This document shows positions 17,301 to 25,104 of a stretch of 64,000 nt of DNA, one piece after another. The stretch is from positions 99,518 through 163,517 of the forward strand of contig JASBUR010000031.1 of assembly GCA_030147805.1 (NCBI GenBank). The letters run 5' to 3'. Every line of letters begins with the position of its first letter. Position 1 is the stretch's first letter. Both the position numbers and the translations under genes were made by a program. The notes below the pieces were generated by a model. That model had not been told where the DNA came from. It did no database searches and saw only the letters and a list, made by a program, of their open reading frames with translations. This DNA comes from Sphingomonadaceae bacterium (lineage in GTDB: Bacteria > Pseudomonadota > Alphaproteobacteria > Sphingomonadales > Sphingomonadaceae).

Positions 17301-18525
17301 CGAGGCCCCTGCCGATGCTGATGACGCCGCCATTGGCGAGCGCACCCGTCGACAACGCGCCGGCGGTTGCGCTGGCGAGCAGCTTGGCGCGCGCCGTGGT
17401 GCCGATCACGATCTCGTCGCCGAGCACGGTGATGCTGCCCGGCGCGGCGTTGATGTTGCTGTTGACGTTGATGACGCCGCCGATCAGCGCTCCCTGGTTG
17501 ATCTGGTCCTGCTGGGTGCCGTTGATGCGTACGATGCCGTTGGCGCCACCGTCGATCGTGACGGCGCCCGCGACGTCGGTGCCGCTGCTCGCGCTCAGGT
17601 CGATCACGCCGCCGACGACGCGCGCGGTCACGGCGTTGATGTTGCCGCCCATGTTGACGACCGACTCGACGATGTTCGACGCCGCGCGCGCCGACATCAG
17701 CACGCGGCCGCCGCGCGCCTGCAGGTTGCCGACATTGTTGACGAGGGGCACGAAGTTCGACTGCCCGTCCTCGGAACGCGTGTTGTACTCGCCGCCGACA
17801 GCGAAAGTGATCAGCTTGTCGCCATCGAGTGCCAGCGCGAAGACGGGGACGCCCGCGAGTACGACCGATCCGAGGTCCGCAAAGATGTTGCCCATTTGAT
17901 TGTTGGCGCCATTGCGCACTTCGTGGCCGGCCAGAATCGCATAACCACTGCCTACGTTGATCATCCCCTCGTTGATGACCGCCGCGAAGCCGTAACCGCT
18001 GGGGTCGACCGCGGCATCATCGCTGAAGCTGAAATTCTCCGCGAGGAAGTTCTGCTCGGCGATCGTGTGCGTCGTGGCGAGGAAGCCGCGCGCGTTGATG
18101 CTGCCGTTGGGGCCGATCGCGACGCCGTTTCGGTTGAGCAGCCACACCTGCCCGTTGGCGACGATGTTGCCGTCGATCGCCGACGGCGTGCTGCCGGTGA
18201 CGCGATTGAGGATGATCGCAGATTCATTCGGCTGGGCGAAAGTGAGCGTCTGGCCCGCGCCGACGGAAAAGCCGCTCCAGTCGATGACGCTGCGCTGGTT
18301 GGTCTGGGTGATCGTCTGGGTCGTGCCGTTCGTCGTGCCGAAACTGATGTCGGAGGAATTGGCAACGACGGCGCCCGGCAGCTGCTGTGCCGCGGCCGGT
18401 GCGCCCGCCAGCGCGACGAGGCTCGCCGCCCCGAGTGCGGTGCCCGATAGCCAGGCGTTGCGGCGCCGGCGCGCGACGCGCGGTTCGACGGTCAGCTTCA
18501 CGATGCTAGGATGAGATGCGTTCAT
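11368..18525 (-). CDS. giant two-partner-secretion exoprotein (TpsA, filamentous-hemagglutinin-like adhesin), 2385 aa
   Basis: The N-terminal signal region is followed by a TPS/haemagglutination-activity domain (QTITQTNQRSVIDWSGFSVGAGQTLTF, AIILNRVTGSTPSAIDGNIVANGQVWLLNRNGVAIG). Then come ~1200 aa of Gly/Asn/Ser/Thr/Ile-rich beta-helix-like sequence, about nine YDG/MBG-type repeats (KVYDGTTAA...DAGNY) and a PT/Gly/Pro low-complexity tail. Confidence 0.9.
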   Translation of the reverse strand: MNASHPSIVKLTVEPRVARRRRNAWLSGTALGAASLVALAGAPAAAQQLPGAVVANSSDISFGTTNGTTQTITQTNQRSVIDWSGFSVGAGQTLTFAQPNESAIILNRVTGSTPSAIDGNIVANGQVWLLNRNGVAIGPNGSINARGFLATTHTIAEQNFLAENFSFSDDAAVDPSGYGFAAVINEGMINVGSGYAILAGHEVRNGANNQMGNIFADLGSVVLAGVPVFALALDGDKLITFAVGGEYNTRSEDGQSNFVPLVNNVGNLQARGGRVLMSARAASNIVESVVNMGGNINAVTARVVGGVIDLSASSGTDVAGAVTIDGGANGIVRINGTQQDQINQGALIGGVINVNSNINAAPGSITVLGDEIVIGTTARAKLLASATAGALSTGALANGGVISIGRGLAGTDYAAAPLANRIEIGNVEASNFDATNQPIVEIQARAFGGTGRQGGQIFLTTAGGPVGSDPTIETSGFIDVQASSNSSNMGGASGTGGTVEVVTPYFKLNPSGTIVANSVTPAANGGGGGTGGSVRIAAERIETEGDHTFIPNENPELVVDKRYDTRISASGNVQGGTILLGGGLAGAPAVGSQPLAREIWIGHDTSLRASAADLSPGSTGGTIVVRTVAAVMEGDQGATPGIYIDGGISARGGNGGRLETVGYRLQVTGAANVEDIDSVLSGIDLGGYAAGGANGSWVGAGRNMIIGGTSTPTSPLWAGGVSSDFFIDGRVLAGALNSSVGGDNGPLYGATDVALREALSGGGSVGFGLTVAGEIDTGGFRDSTLELVSETKVTIAERITTDAMLPGRLNLVVKAGHMIDLQAAPEMPYRLTTNGGDLSLIVGGDLNGNTPGDFIYNAFSIETDGGNVLVESEYDGISPNAMGMENDGEIFSGGGAISFVGGDYHNLTNNGIIDASFDSLGGNIAITLGLEGNLTLRSESQTRTQGLGTINLAIGDGAYLRNEYGTVTTEDGAIALSVGSGNAQANIFSEISNLGTFETVSGAIQVSLGFGASLSSGGDGGDFHTLGGDFRIDGGPGADINLTGLNDIGGSLLINADLQSTVTIGGSLTTNGIAINALEGAVMLEGFIASGSVQTATNGGLTVNVGNHGQLQTSALIDAYSGDVSLTGGDGAVLDVGGSIFTNGGAFVAAVGNGIDTGEGFLGGEMYLAGDIDTGGGNLDIIGGSGTTLEVTGLLRTQGGAFSALLGASSGITVGGPHPMGEGYGYLGGIDLASGDAIFGATSITVDEGETSFTVAGGNLSFDADDLDLFGAVFAEDSIAVAPRTAGRNIFLGGTSPRGTGLALTSFELENIFAPTRVFGSDRAGTIDVDVTETEQSLSLSECEGPCPPPEPTLTVFESSGVGGSVILRGQATSEANATIRVIAGDRITLANGFDYLVDGARAELISNGSFVNEAGASALSTANNGQWLVYSSAPAANSFGGLLSNQSAIWGQSFTSLAASGFAALPGGGASGNRYAFGQAPTATLTATAKSKTYGDAINLNAPALGSDYSVGGLVDAAAFGNVFTQDQLLGAPTLASAGSGVAADAGSYALTLGLGNLSAPTGYTLQLVDSTLTVARRVIAANFAGPVTRIYDGSTNAAVGGALALTGLVNGDQLAAVAASASYDSKNVGQGKLVTATGLTLAGAKAANYELSAASLSGAVGTITAKALQVAVNADHKVYDGTTAATGGVSLAGVVAGDQVSTQGATLSFADKNAGLNKTVTANGIALGGSDAGNYMLSGPAVGSASISARAISGTVVASGKVYDGTTVAQGQVALAGTIAGDQVAASGALAFADKNVGIGKAVTASGVALTGTDAGNYMLASTSAGTADIAARQISGTVVASSKVYDGTVAAQGQVTLAGTVAGDNVAATGALAFADKNVGIGKAVTASGVALTGTDAGNYMLASTAAGSADISARALQASVVAGDKVYDGSTAATGTLSLAGIVAGDSVAASGTSFTFAAKDAGTRAVTATGTALTGADAGNYSLAVPAAGTATIMPRALTAALTGSVQKIYDATVTATLAGANYAIGGFVAGEGAALGAGTGSFASPGVGSGLTVTAALAPAAFTANAGTSLANYVLPVSASGAIGTITPATLTYTADSATRAVGEANPAFTGSVAGFVAGETQAGATTGTLAFDSPATVASTAGSYAINGGGLAAANYVFVQAPGNATALTVTPSTPIPPAQQQPVQQVTNSVVQQATSSIRTTPTPTPTPTPTPTPTAPPAGAPTGGGGGGGGGSTGGQAPQGGGSGGTPTPPAPPPPPPPPPPPPPPAPPPASPPSATGGNSTPPPPPPPGPPVEATPPSPVGDTPPPTPSDAADQGDPVLAEAESEEQEEPTQEKRQLANTSVVVPGVNVELPTPPRSTEVPGADQAFSGSGNPSQW
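11570..11910 (-). repeat. low-complexity coding tract in the TpsA tail: (PT)n, Gly8, Pro14 and Pro7 runs built from GGC/GGT/GGG and GCC triplet repeats
   Basis: The translation reads TTPTPTPTPTPTPTAPPAGAPTGGGGGGGGSTGG...PPAPPPPPPPPPPPPPPAPPPASPP...TPPPPPPPGPP. On the plus strand this appears as ggcggcggtggcggtggcggtggcgggggcgggggcggcggc at about 11692-11760. Confidence 0.85.
12000..14100 (-). repeat. array of ~83-aa YDG/MBG-type repeats inside the TpsA gene, including two near-identical 249-nt tandem units at about 12790-13290
   Basis: The unit ...KVYDG(T/S)TAA.G.V.LAG.VAGD.V...FADKN.G..K.VTA.G.AL.G.DAGNY.L... recurs. Plus-strand 12841-12900 and 13090-13149 differ at 1 of 60 positions. Confidence 0.8.
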
Positions 18526-18944
18526 ATCGCCGGGCCACTCAGCTTCACTGGAGGTTACACCGGGCTACGCGGCATCCTTGCTCGCTCCGCACGCGCCACG
18601 ACGCGAGCCGCCGGCCCGCGAACGCTCACGATCGGAGAGAGCAGCGGCGGTCCAAATCCCCACCGTTCGCCAACTGCCCAACAACCCCCCAGCTACGGCA
18701 GTATAGTGAATCCGGATGCGCGGCAATGCGCTTCTTAACAAGCGGTTAATGGGATTGCGATTTGCGGCGGCTTGCTGTCGCAATGTCGAAGTAAGCGGCA
18801 AGTCGTTTGCGAAGCGCAACAAACGAGATGATCGTAATGAAGGCGAATCGATCTGTCATATTTGTCGATGGTTCAAATGCATATCATGAAATCATCAACC
18901 GGCATCCGACGGGAGTTTGCACCGCACTGGCCTGCCGAGGAAAA
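18526..18944 (-). promoter_or_regulatory. long intergenic leader/promoter region upstream of the TpsA gene, with a locally lower-GC island and a TTAAC-N5-GTTAA palindrome
   Basis: This is 419 nt with no credible ORF. An AT-richer stretch lies at about 18820-18900 (atgatcgtaatgaaggcgaatcgatctgtcatatttgtcgatggttcaaatgcatatcatgaaatcatc). An inverted repeat (ttaacaagcggttaa) lies at 18735-18749. I could not place convincing -35/-10 boxes. Confidence 0.35.
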
Positions 18945-19313
18945 TCATACCATCCAGCGCGACATTACCTTGTTCGCTTCGACGCCGGCGGCGCGATAGC
19001 GCTCGATGATCGGCGTATCGAGTTGCAAAGGCTCGTCGAATCGCATGCCGAAGCGCCGATCGCCCTGCCAGCGGATCTCGCCGGCGAAGCGCCGGCCCTC
19101 GATCCACACCGTGACCGGCGTCGCGACGCGGAGTGCGACATCGGCCGACGCCATGAGGCCGCCCGCCGACAGGTTGCCGATCTCGATCGGGTACCGGACG
19201 CCATCGAGTTCGAGCTCGGCGGCGACCGCCACCGCCTCGCGCGGCTCGGCGCGCCGCCGGTCGGCGGTGACGTCGGGCGACGCGATGAGGCGGTCAAGCA
19301 ACGTGACGAACAT
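18945..19313 (-). CDS. PilZ domain protein (putative c-di-GMP receptor)
   Basis: 122 aa with both PilZ signature motifs: RRRAEPRE (RxxxR) and EIGNLSAGG (D/NxSxxG). It is on the same strand as the TpsA gene and directly upstream of it. Confidence 0.8.
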   Translation of the reverse strand: MFVTLLDRLIASPDVTADRRRAEPREAVAVAAELELDGVRYPIEIGNLSAGGLMASADVALRVATPVTVWIEGRRFAGEIRWQGDRRFGMRFDEPLQLDTPIIERYRAAGVEANKVMSRWMV

Positions 19314-19445
19314 GGCGCGAGGCTAGCAGAGGCGGCGTTAGCGCCGCGTTAGCGGGCGCGGTTAACGCGCCGCTATCGACTCGGCGCCGAACGCGGCGCA
19401 TCATCGGCGCGCGAACCGGGACGGCCGAGCGAGGGGGAGGCTGCG

Positions 19446-19628
19446 ATGGCGAGTTGTCCGACCTGCCACGCCGCCGGCGGCAACTGGCGGCACTGTCTCG
19501 GCTGCGGCGCCTATTGGTGCCTCAACTGCCGGCTGCGCGCCGATCGCGCCGCGGCAGCGCATTGCCCCAGCTGCCGGCACGCGCGGACCGAGGACCGCGG
19601 CCCCGAGTCGGTGCCGCCCTCGACCTGA
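19446..19628 (+). CDS. small Cys-rich (4 x CxxC) zinc-ribbon-like protein, 60 aa
   Basis: A strong Shine-Dalgarno sequence (gagggggagg) lies 6 nt before the ATG. Codons are GC3-rich. The CxxC motifs are CPTC, CLGC, CLNC and CPSC. It is transcribed divergently from the PilZ gene. Confidence 0.5.
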   Translation: MASCPTCHAAGGNWRHCLGCGAYWCLNCRLRADRAAAAHCPSCRHARTEDRGPESVPPST

Positions 19629-19889
19629 GTCGGAACCGCTCCGCCCCCAGCGCATTGTTGCCGCAGGTATGTTGCGTTGAGTGAGGCAAGTCATGGCGCC
19701 TGCAGCCAAGCGAATCCTTTTCCGAACCGCCCGCCGAATCCATGGCGGGCGCCTCGAAGGCCAGCGCGCCGAGGTTTATTACGGCCGCCCCGTGAAGGAC
19801 TGGCCGCCGTCCTGGATGCTCTAGCGCTTTGACGCGCGGCCGCGGCAGGCGATAAGGGGCGCTCCCGTTCCGCCAGCAAGGCAGCAGTC

Positions 19890-20852
19890 ATGGCCGATGC
19901 CGCTCCCCCGGGTGCTTCAGGCGCCGCGATCCAGCCCGTTCCGATGCCGCTCGCGGCGCGCGACCCCGGCCGATTCGCGCAGGCGCTCGGCGACTCGTTC
20001 CGCCGCACCGGCTTCGCCGTCGTCGCCGACCACGGCATCGACCAGGCGCTGATCGATCGCGCGGTCGACGCCACCAAGGCGTTCTTCGCGCTCCCCGAGG
20101 CGGTCAAGCGCGCCTATCATGTGCCGGGCTCGGGCGGCGCGCGCGGCTATACCCCGTTCGGGGTCGAGACCGCCAAGGATGCCACGGTCCACGATCTGAA
20201 GGAATTCTGGCACGTCGGCCGCGAGCTCCCCGCTGGCCATGCCTATCGCCGCTACATGCCCGACAATCTGTGGCCCGCCGAGATCGTGGGCTTCCGCCCG
20301 CAGGTGCAGGCGCTCTACGACGGGCTCGACGCGATGGGGGCGACGCTGCTGCGCGCCATCGCGCGCTACCTGGGGCTCGACGCGCGGTTCTTCGACGACA
20401 AGGTGCGGCTCGGCAATTCGGTGCTGCGGCTGCTGCATTATCCGCCGGTGCCGGCCGATGCGCCGGGCGTGCGTGCAGGGGCGCATGAGGACATCAACGT
20501 CATCACGCTGCTGCTCGGCGCCGAGGAGGCGGGGCTCGAGGTGAAGACGCGCGATGGCCAATGGCTGCCGATCACGCCGCCGCAAGGGGCGCTGGTCGTC
20601 AACGTCGGCGACATGCTGCAACGGCTGACCAATCATGCGCTGCCGTCGACCTCGCACCGCGTCGTCAACCCGGCGCCCGAGCGGCGCGGCTTCGCGCGCT
20701 ATTCGACGCCGTTCTTCCTGCATTTCGAGCCGGAATATCGCATCGAGACCTTGCCGGGCTGCGTGAGCGCGGAGGCGCCCGACCGCTATCCCGAGCCGAT
20801 CACGGCAGACGAATTCCTCCAGCAGCGGCTGCGCGAGATCAAGCTGATCTGA
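19890..20852 (+). CDS. 2-oxoglutarate/Fe(II)-dependent oxygenase (isopenicillin N synthase-like family)
   Basis: Contains LLHYPPVP, GAHEDINVITLL and STSHRVVNP (HxD...H facial-triad context). The start is uncertain (ATG 19890 or 19941). Confidence 0.85.
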   Translation: MADAAPPGASGAAIQPVPMPLAARDPGRFAQALGDSFRRTGFAVVADHGIDQALIDRAVDATKAFFALPEAVKRAYHVPGSGGARGYTPFGVETAKDATVHDLKEFWHVGRELPAGHAYRRYMPDNLWPAEIVGFRPQVQALYDGLDAMGATLLRAIARYLGLDARFFDDKVRLGNSVLRLLHYPPVPADAPGVRAGAHEDINVITLLLGAEEAGLEVKTRDGQWLPITPPQGALVVNVGDMLQRLTNHALPSTSHRVVNPAPERRGFARYSTPFFLHFEPEYRIETLPGCVSAEAPDRYPEPITADEFLQQRLREIKLI

Positions 20853-20867
20853 GGCGCCATTTGAAGG

Positions 20868-20897
20868 CCGTCATCCTGACTTGCGTCAGGATGACGT
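20868..20897. terminator. perfect hairpin GTCATCCTGAC-ttgc-GTCAGGATGAC between convergent genes (REP family C)
   Basis: An 11-bp perfect stem is seen directly. There is no clear U-tract. Related copies lie at 43921-43943 and 43974-44000. Confidence 0.5.
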
Positions 20898-20922
20898 GCG
20901 CTCTCTGGAGGGAGGACGATGC

Positions 20923-21240
20923 TCAGTCGTCCTCGAGCGTACAGCCATAGTCGGTCTCGAACCTGGCCGACCTTGCCGCGATCAGCGGCACGGTCGCGGT
21001 GATGCGCTTCCGTGCCGGATCCTCGCTGAGCCGAACCATCTCCATCCCCGGCTCGAAATCGGTGCGGCAACTGTCGAGGCTGCGCCGCCCGAGGTAGCGG
21101 CAGGCGCAAACGGTGCGCGCGCCATAGCCGACGGCGACCTCGGCCTGCTGGCCGATCGGGCTCGCGCGCAGCGCGAACAGAATCGCCGCGCCGGCCGCCA
21201 CGGCGAGCGCGCCGATCGCCACCCAACGGCTTGCCTTCAT
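20923..21240 (-). CDS. hypothetical membrane-anchored/secreted protein (105 aa)
   Basis: N-terminal hydrophobic segment (WVAIGALAVAAGAAILFAL), four Cys residues and GC3-rich codons. I recognise no family. Confidence 0.5.
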   Translation of the reverse strand: MKASRWVAIGALAVAAGAAILFALRASPIGQQAEVAVGYGARTVCACRYLGRRSLDSCRTDFEPGMEMVRLSEDPARKRITATVPLIAARSARFETDYGCTLEDD

Positions 21241-21284
21241 GCGGCCCCTCCCTAACCTGCCCCAATGGCGCTAGAGGTGACGCG

Positions 21285-22361
21285 ATGAGGGGGCTTCGGG
21301 CAAGCATGATTTTGGCGGTCGCCGCGGCGCTGCTGGGCGCGGCGGCGGCGGCGCCGTCGGCACCGCCCGGCGCGCGCGCGGCTGCCGATGCCTTCTTCAC
21401 GCGCGCCGACCTCGCCGATACGCGCGCGCTGATCGTGCTGCGCGACGGCGTGCCCGTCATCGAGCGCTACGCCCCCGACTATGGCGCCGGCAACCGCTTC
21501 ATCTCCTGGTCGATGGCCAAGTCGCTGACTTCGACGCTGGTCGGCCAGCTGGTCGCCGACGGCAGGCTGCAGCTCGACGCGCCGGCGCCGGTGCCGGCCT
21601 GGCATCGCACCGCCGGCGATCCGCGTGCGCGGATCACGCTGCGCCAGCTGCTGCACATGTCGTCGGGGCTCGCGCATGTCGAGGGCGGCGAGCGGCTGCA
21701 GGATGCCGACACGGTGCGCATCCTGTTCACCGACCGCGCCGCCGACGCGGCGGCGGCGTCGGTCGCGCAGCCGCTCGAGGCGGCGCCGGGCGCCAACTAT
21801 GAATATTCGACCGCGACGAGCGTCATCCTGGCCGACATCGTCCAGCGGACGATCGCGCCCGCCGCGAAGACGCCGCAGGCGCGCCGTGCGGCGATGCGCG
21901 ACCACATGCAACGGCGTCTGATCCGCCCCGCGGGGATGACGAGCCTGGTCTGCGAGTTCGACGCGGCGGGAACGATGCTCGGCGGCTCGCTGTGCCATGC
22001 GACGGCGCGCGACTGGGCGCGGTTCGGGCAGATGTATCTCGATGGCGGCCGCGTCGACGGCCGGCAGGTGGTGCCGACCGGCTGGATCGGCTTCGTGCGC
22101 ACGCCCGCCGCCACCGACGGCGGCTATGGCGGCCATTTCTGGCTCAATCGGCCACGCCCAAGCGGCAGCGACGCGGCGCTGTTTCCCGCGATGGGGCCCG
22201 CCGACGCCTATGCGGCGATCGGGCATCTCGGCCAATATGTCGTGATCGTGCCGTCGAAGCGGCTGGTGGTGGTGCGGCTCGGCAAGACGCAGGACGAGGC
22301 GCTGGCGCCGGTGCGCGCGGCGGTGGGGCGGCTGGTCAACAGCTTCCCGACGCCGCCATGA
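21285..22361 (+). CDS. serine hydrolase (beta-lactamase/PBP-like family)
   Basis: ATG at 21285 preceded by agaggtga. It has a signal peptide and the SxxK motif in [11 protein letters not shown], and resembles class C beta-lactamase-like esterases over its length. Confidence 0.8.
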   Translation: MRGLRASMILAVAAALLGAAAAAPSAPPGARAAADAFFTRADLADTRALIVLRDGVPVIERYAPDYGAGNRFISWSMAKSLTSTLVGQLVADGRLQLDAPAPVPAWHRTAGDPRARITLRQLLHMSSGLAHVEGGERLQDADTVRILFTDRAADAAAASVAQPLEAAPGANYEYSTATSVILADIVQRTIAPAAKTPQARRAAMRDHMQRRLIRPAGMTSLVCEFDAAGTMLGGSLCHATARDWARFGQMYLDGGRVDGRQVVPTGWIGFVRTPAATDGGYGGHFWLNRPRPSGSDAALFPAMGPADAYAAIGHLGQYVVIVPSKRLVVVRLGKTQDEALAPVRAAVGRLVNSFPTPP

Positions 22362-22837
22362 GCGATCCGCGCATCATCGACGTCAAGCTCGACGAACGGA
22401 CGATCATCTGGCGCAGCGCCGACGTCGAGCAGGAGCGGCGCGTCGCGATCTTCGACCTGCTCGAAGGCAATCATTTCGCGCCGGTCGGCCCCTATGAAGA
22501 CGGCTATGCCGGCCCGTACAAACTGGCGATGCGCGTCGAGGAGGGCCGGCTGGCGATCGATATCGCCGCCGCGGACGACCGCAATCTCGAGACTTTCGTG
22601 CTGGCGCTGTCGCCGTTCCGGCGGGTGGTGCGCGACTATTTCGCGATCTGCGACAGCTATTACAAGGCGATCCGCAACGCCTCGCCGAGCCAGATCGAGA
22701 CGATCGACATGGCGCGGCGCGGCATCCACAACGAAGCCGCCGAAACGCTGCAGGAGCGGCTCGCCGCCAAGGTCGAGGTGGATTTCGATACCGCGCGGCG
22801 GCTATTCACGCTGATCTGCGTCCTGCACATCCGATAG
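22358..22837 (+). CDS. UPF0262 family protein
   Basis: ATGA overlap with the previous gene. The sequence ([40 protein letters not shown]) is typical of the conserved alphaproteobacterial UPF0262 family. The assignment is from memory only. Confidence 0.7.
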   Translation: MSDPRIIDVKLDERTIIWRSADVEQERRVAIFDLLEGNHFAPVGPYEDGYAGPYKLAMRVEEGRLAIDIAAADDRNLETFVLALSPFRRVVRDYFAICDSYYKAIRNASPSQIETIDMARRGIHNEAAETLQERLAAKVEVDFDTARRLFTLICVLHIR

Positions 22838-22847
22838 GGAGACTTTC

Positions 22848-23402
22848 GTGGCCGTCATGTCCGACCGCTGGATCCGCGAGCGCGCGCTCGCCGACGGCAT
22901 GATCGAGCCGTTCGAGGACGGCCAGCGCCGCGCCGGCTGCATCTCCTACGGCCTGTCGTCCTATGGCTATGACGCGCGCGTCGCCGACGAGTTCAAGATC
23001 TTCACCAACGTCGATTCGCAGATCGTCGACCCGAAGGATTTCTCGCCCCGGAGCTTCGTCGACCGCAAGACCGACGTCTGCATCATCCCGCCCAACAGCT
23101 TCGCGCTGGCGCGGACGGTCGAATATTTCCGCGTGCCGCGCGACGTGCTGGTCATCTGCCTCGGCAAGTCGACCTATGCGCGCTGCGGCATCATCGTGAA
23201 CGTGACGCCGCTCGAGCCGGGGTGGGAAGGCCATGTCACGCTGGAGTTTTCGAACACCACGCCGCTGCCCGCGAAAATCTACGCCAACGAAGGCGCCTGC
23301 CAGTTCCTGTTCCTCGAGGGCAACGAGCCCTGCGAGGTCAGCTATGCCGACCGCGCGGGCAAATATATGGGCCAGCAGGGCGTGACCTTGCCGCGGCTGT
23401 AG
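22848..23402 (+). CDS. dcd: dCTP deaminase
   Basis: Contains [50 protein letters not shown] and [10 protein letters not shown]. Confidence 0.95.
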   Translation: MAVMSDRWIRERALADGMIEPFEDGQRRAGCISYGLSSYGYDARVADEFKIFTNVDSQIVDPKDFSPRSFVDRKTDVCIIPPNSFALARTVEYFRVPRDVLVICLGKSTYARCGIIVNVTPLEPGWEGHVTLEFSNTTPLPAKIYANEGACQFLFLEGNEPCEVSYADRAGKYMGQQGVTLPRL

Positions 23403-23422
23403 CGCCGCCCTAATCACAGGCG

Positions 23423-24698
<1,276 letters not shown>

Positions 24699-24706
<8 letters not shown>

Positions 24707-25100
24707 GACGCTCCGCCTGATCGGCCAGGAGGCCGACGACGTGCCGGTCATCTCGGCGCTGATGCAGGACGCCGCGGTGCGCGTCGACGACATCGCCTTC
24801 GACGCGCGCGCGCACCGCTTCGCGCTCGTCGCCAACCGCTACCGCTGGGAGGCCGACGTGCCGTCGCGCACGCGGTGCGCGCTGCGCTTCGACGGGGTGA
24901 TCGGCGCGCAGCGCAAGGGTTGGCCGGCCGACGGTGCCGCGGTGCTCGCGCTGCTGGCGATCCGCGCCGACGCGGGCGGCGTGACGCTCGACTTCTCGGG
25001 CGGCGCCTCGGTCCGGCTGGTGACCGAGTGCATCGACCTGGTGCTCGAGGATCTGACCGGTCCGTGGGGTGCCCGCGCCGTCCCGCGGCACGACGCCTGA
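24699..25100 (+). CDS. DUF2948-like conserved hypothetical protein
   Basis: The ATG at 24699 lies just before the murA stop. The sequence ([35 protein letters not shown]) resembles the family found after murA in alphaproteobacteria. The assignment is from memory only. Confidence 0.6.
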
Positions 25101-25104
25101 CGCC

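Noticed and set aside
11368-18525. The TpsA gene as a contact-dependent inhibition (CdiA) toxin locus.
   Set aside because: I found no VENN/pretoxin motif and no recognisable C-terminal toxin. No small immunity ORF follows; the next gene starts 1 nt after the stop and encodes the CHAT protein. An HMM search is still needed to exclude a novel toxin tip.
3949-19313. The TPS-CHAT-cyclase cluster as a recently acquired genomic island or mobile element.
   Set aside because: No integrase, transposase, tRNA or flanking direct repeats are present. GC content and codon bias look like the rest of the window, apart from the short leader at about 18820-18900. The flanks are ordinary housekeeping genes (ccm operon, oxygenase).
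18945-19313. PilZ as the direct receptor for the product of the CHASE2 cyclase.
   Set aside because: Class III cyclases make cAMP or cGMP, not c-di-GMP. The PilZ motifs present are the canonical c-di-GMP-binding ones. Any link would be indirect.
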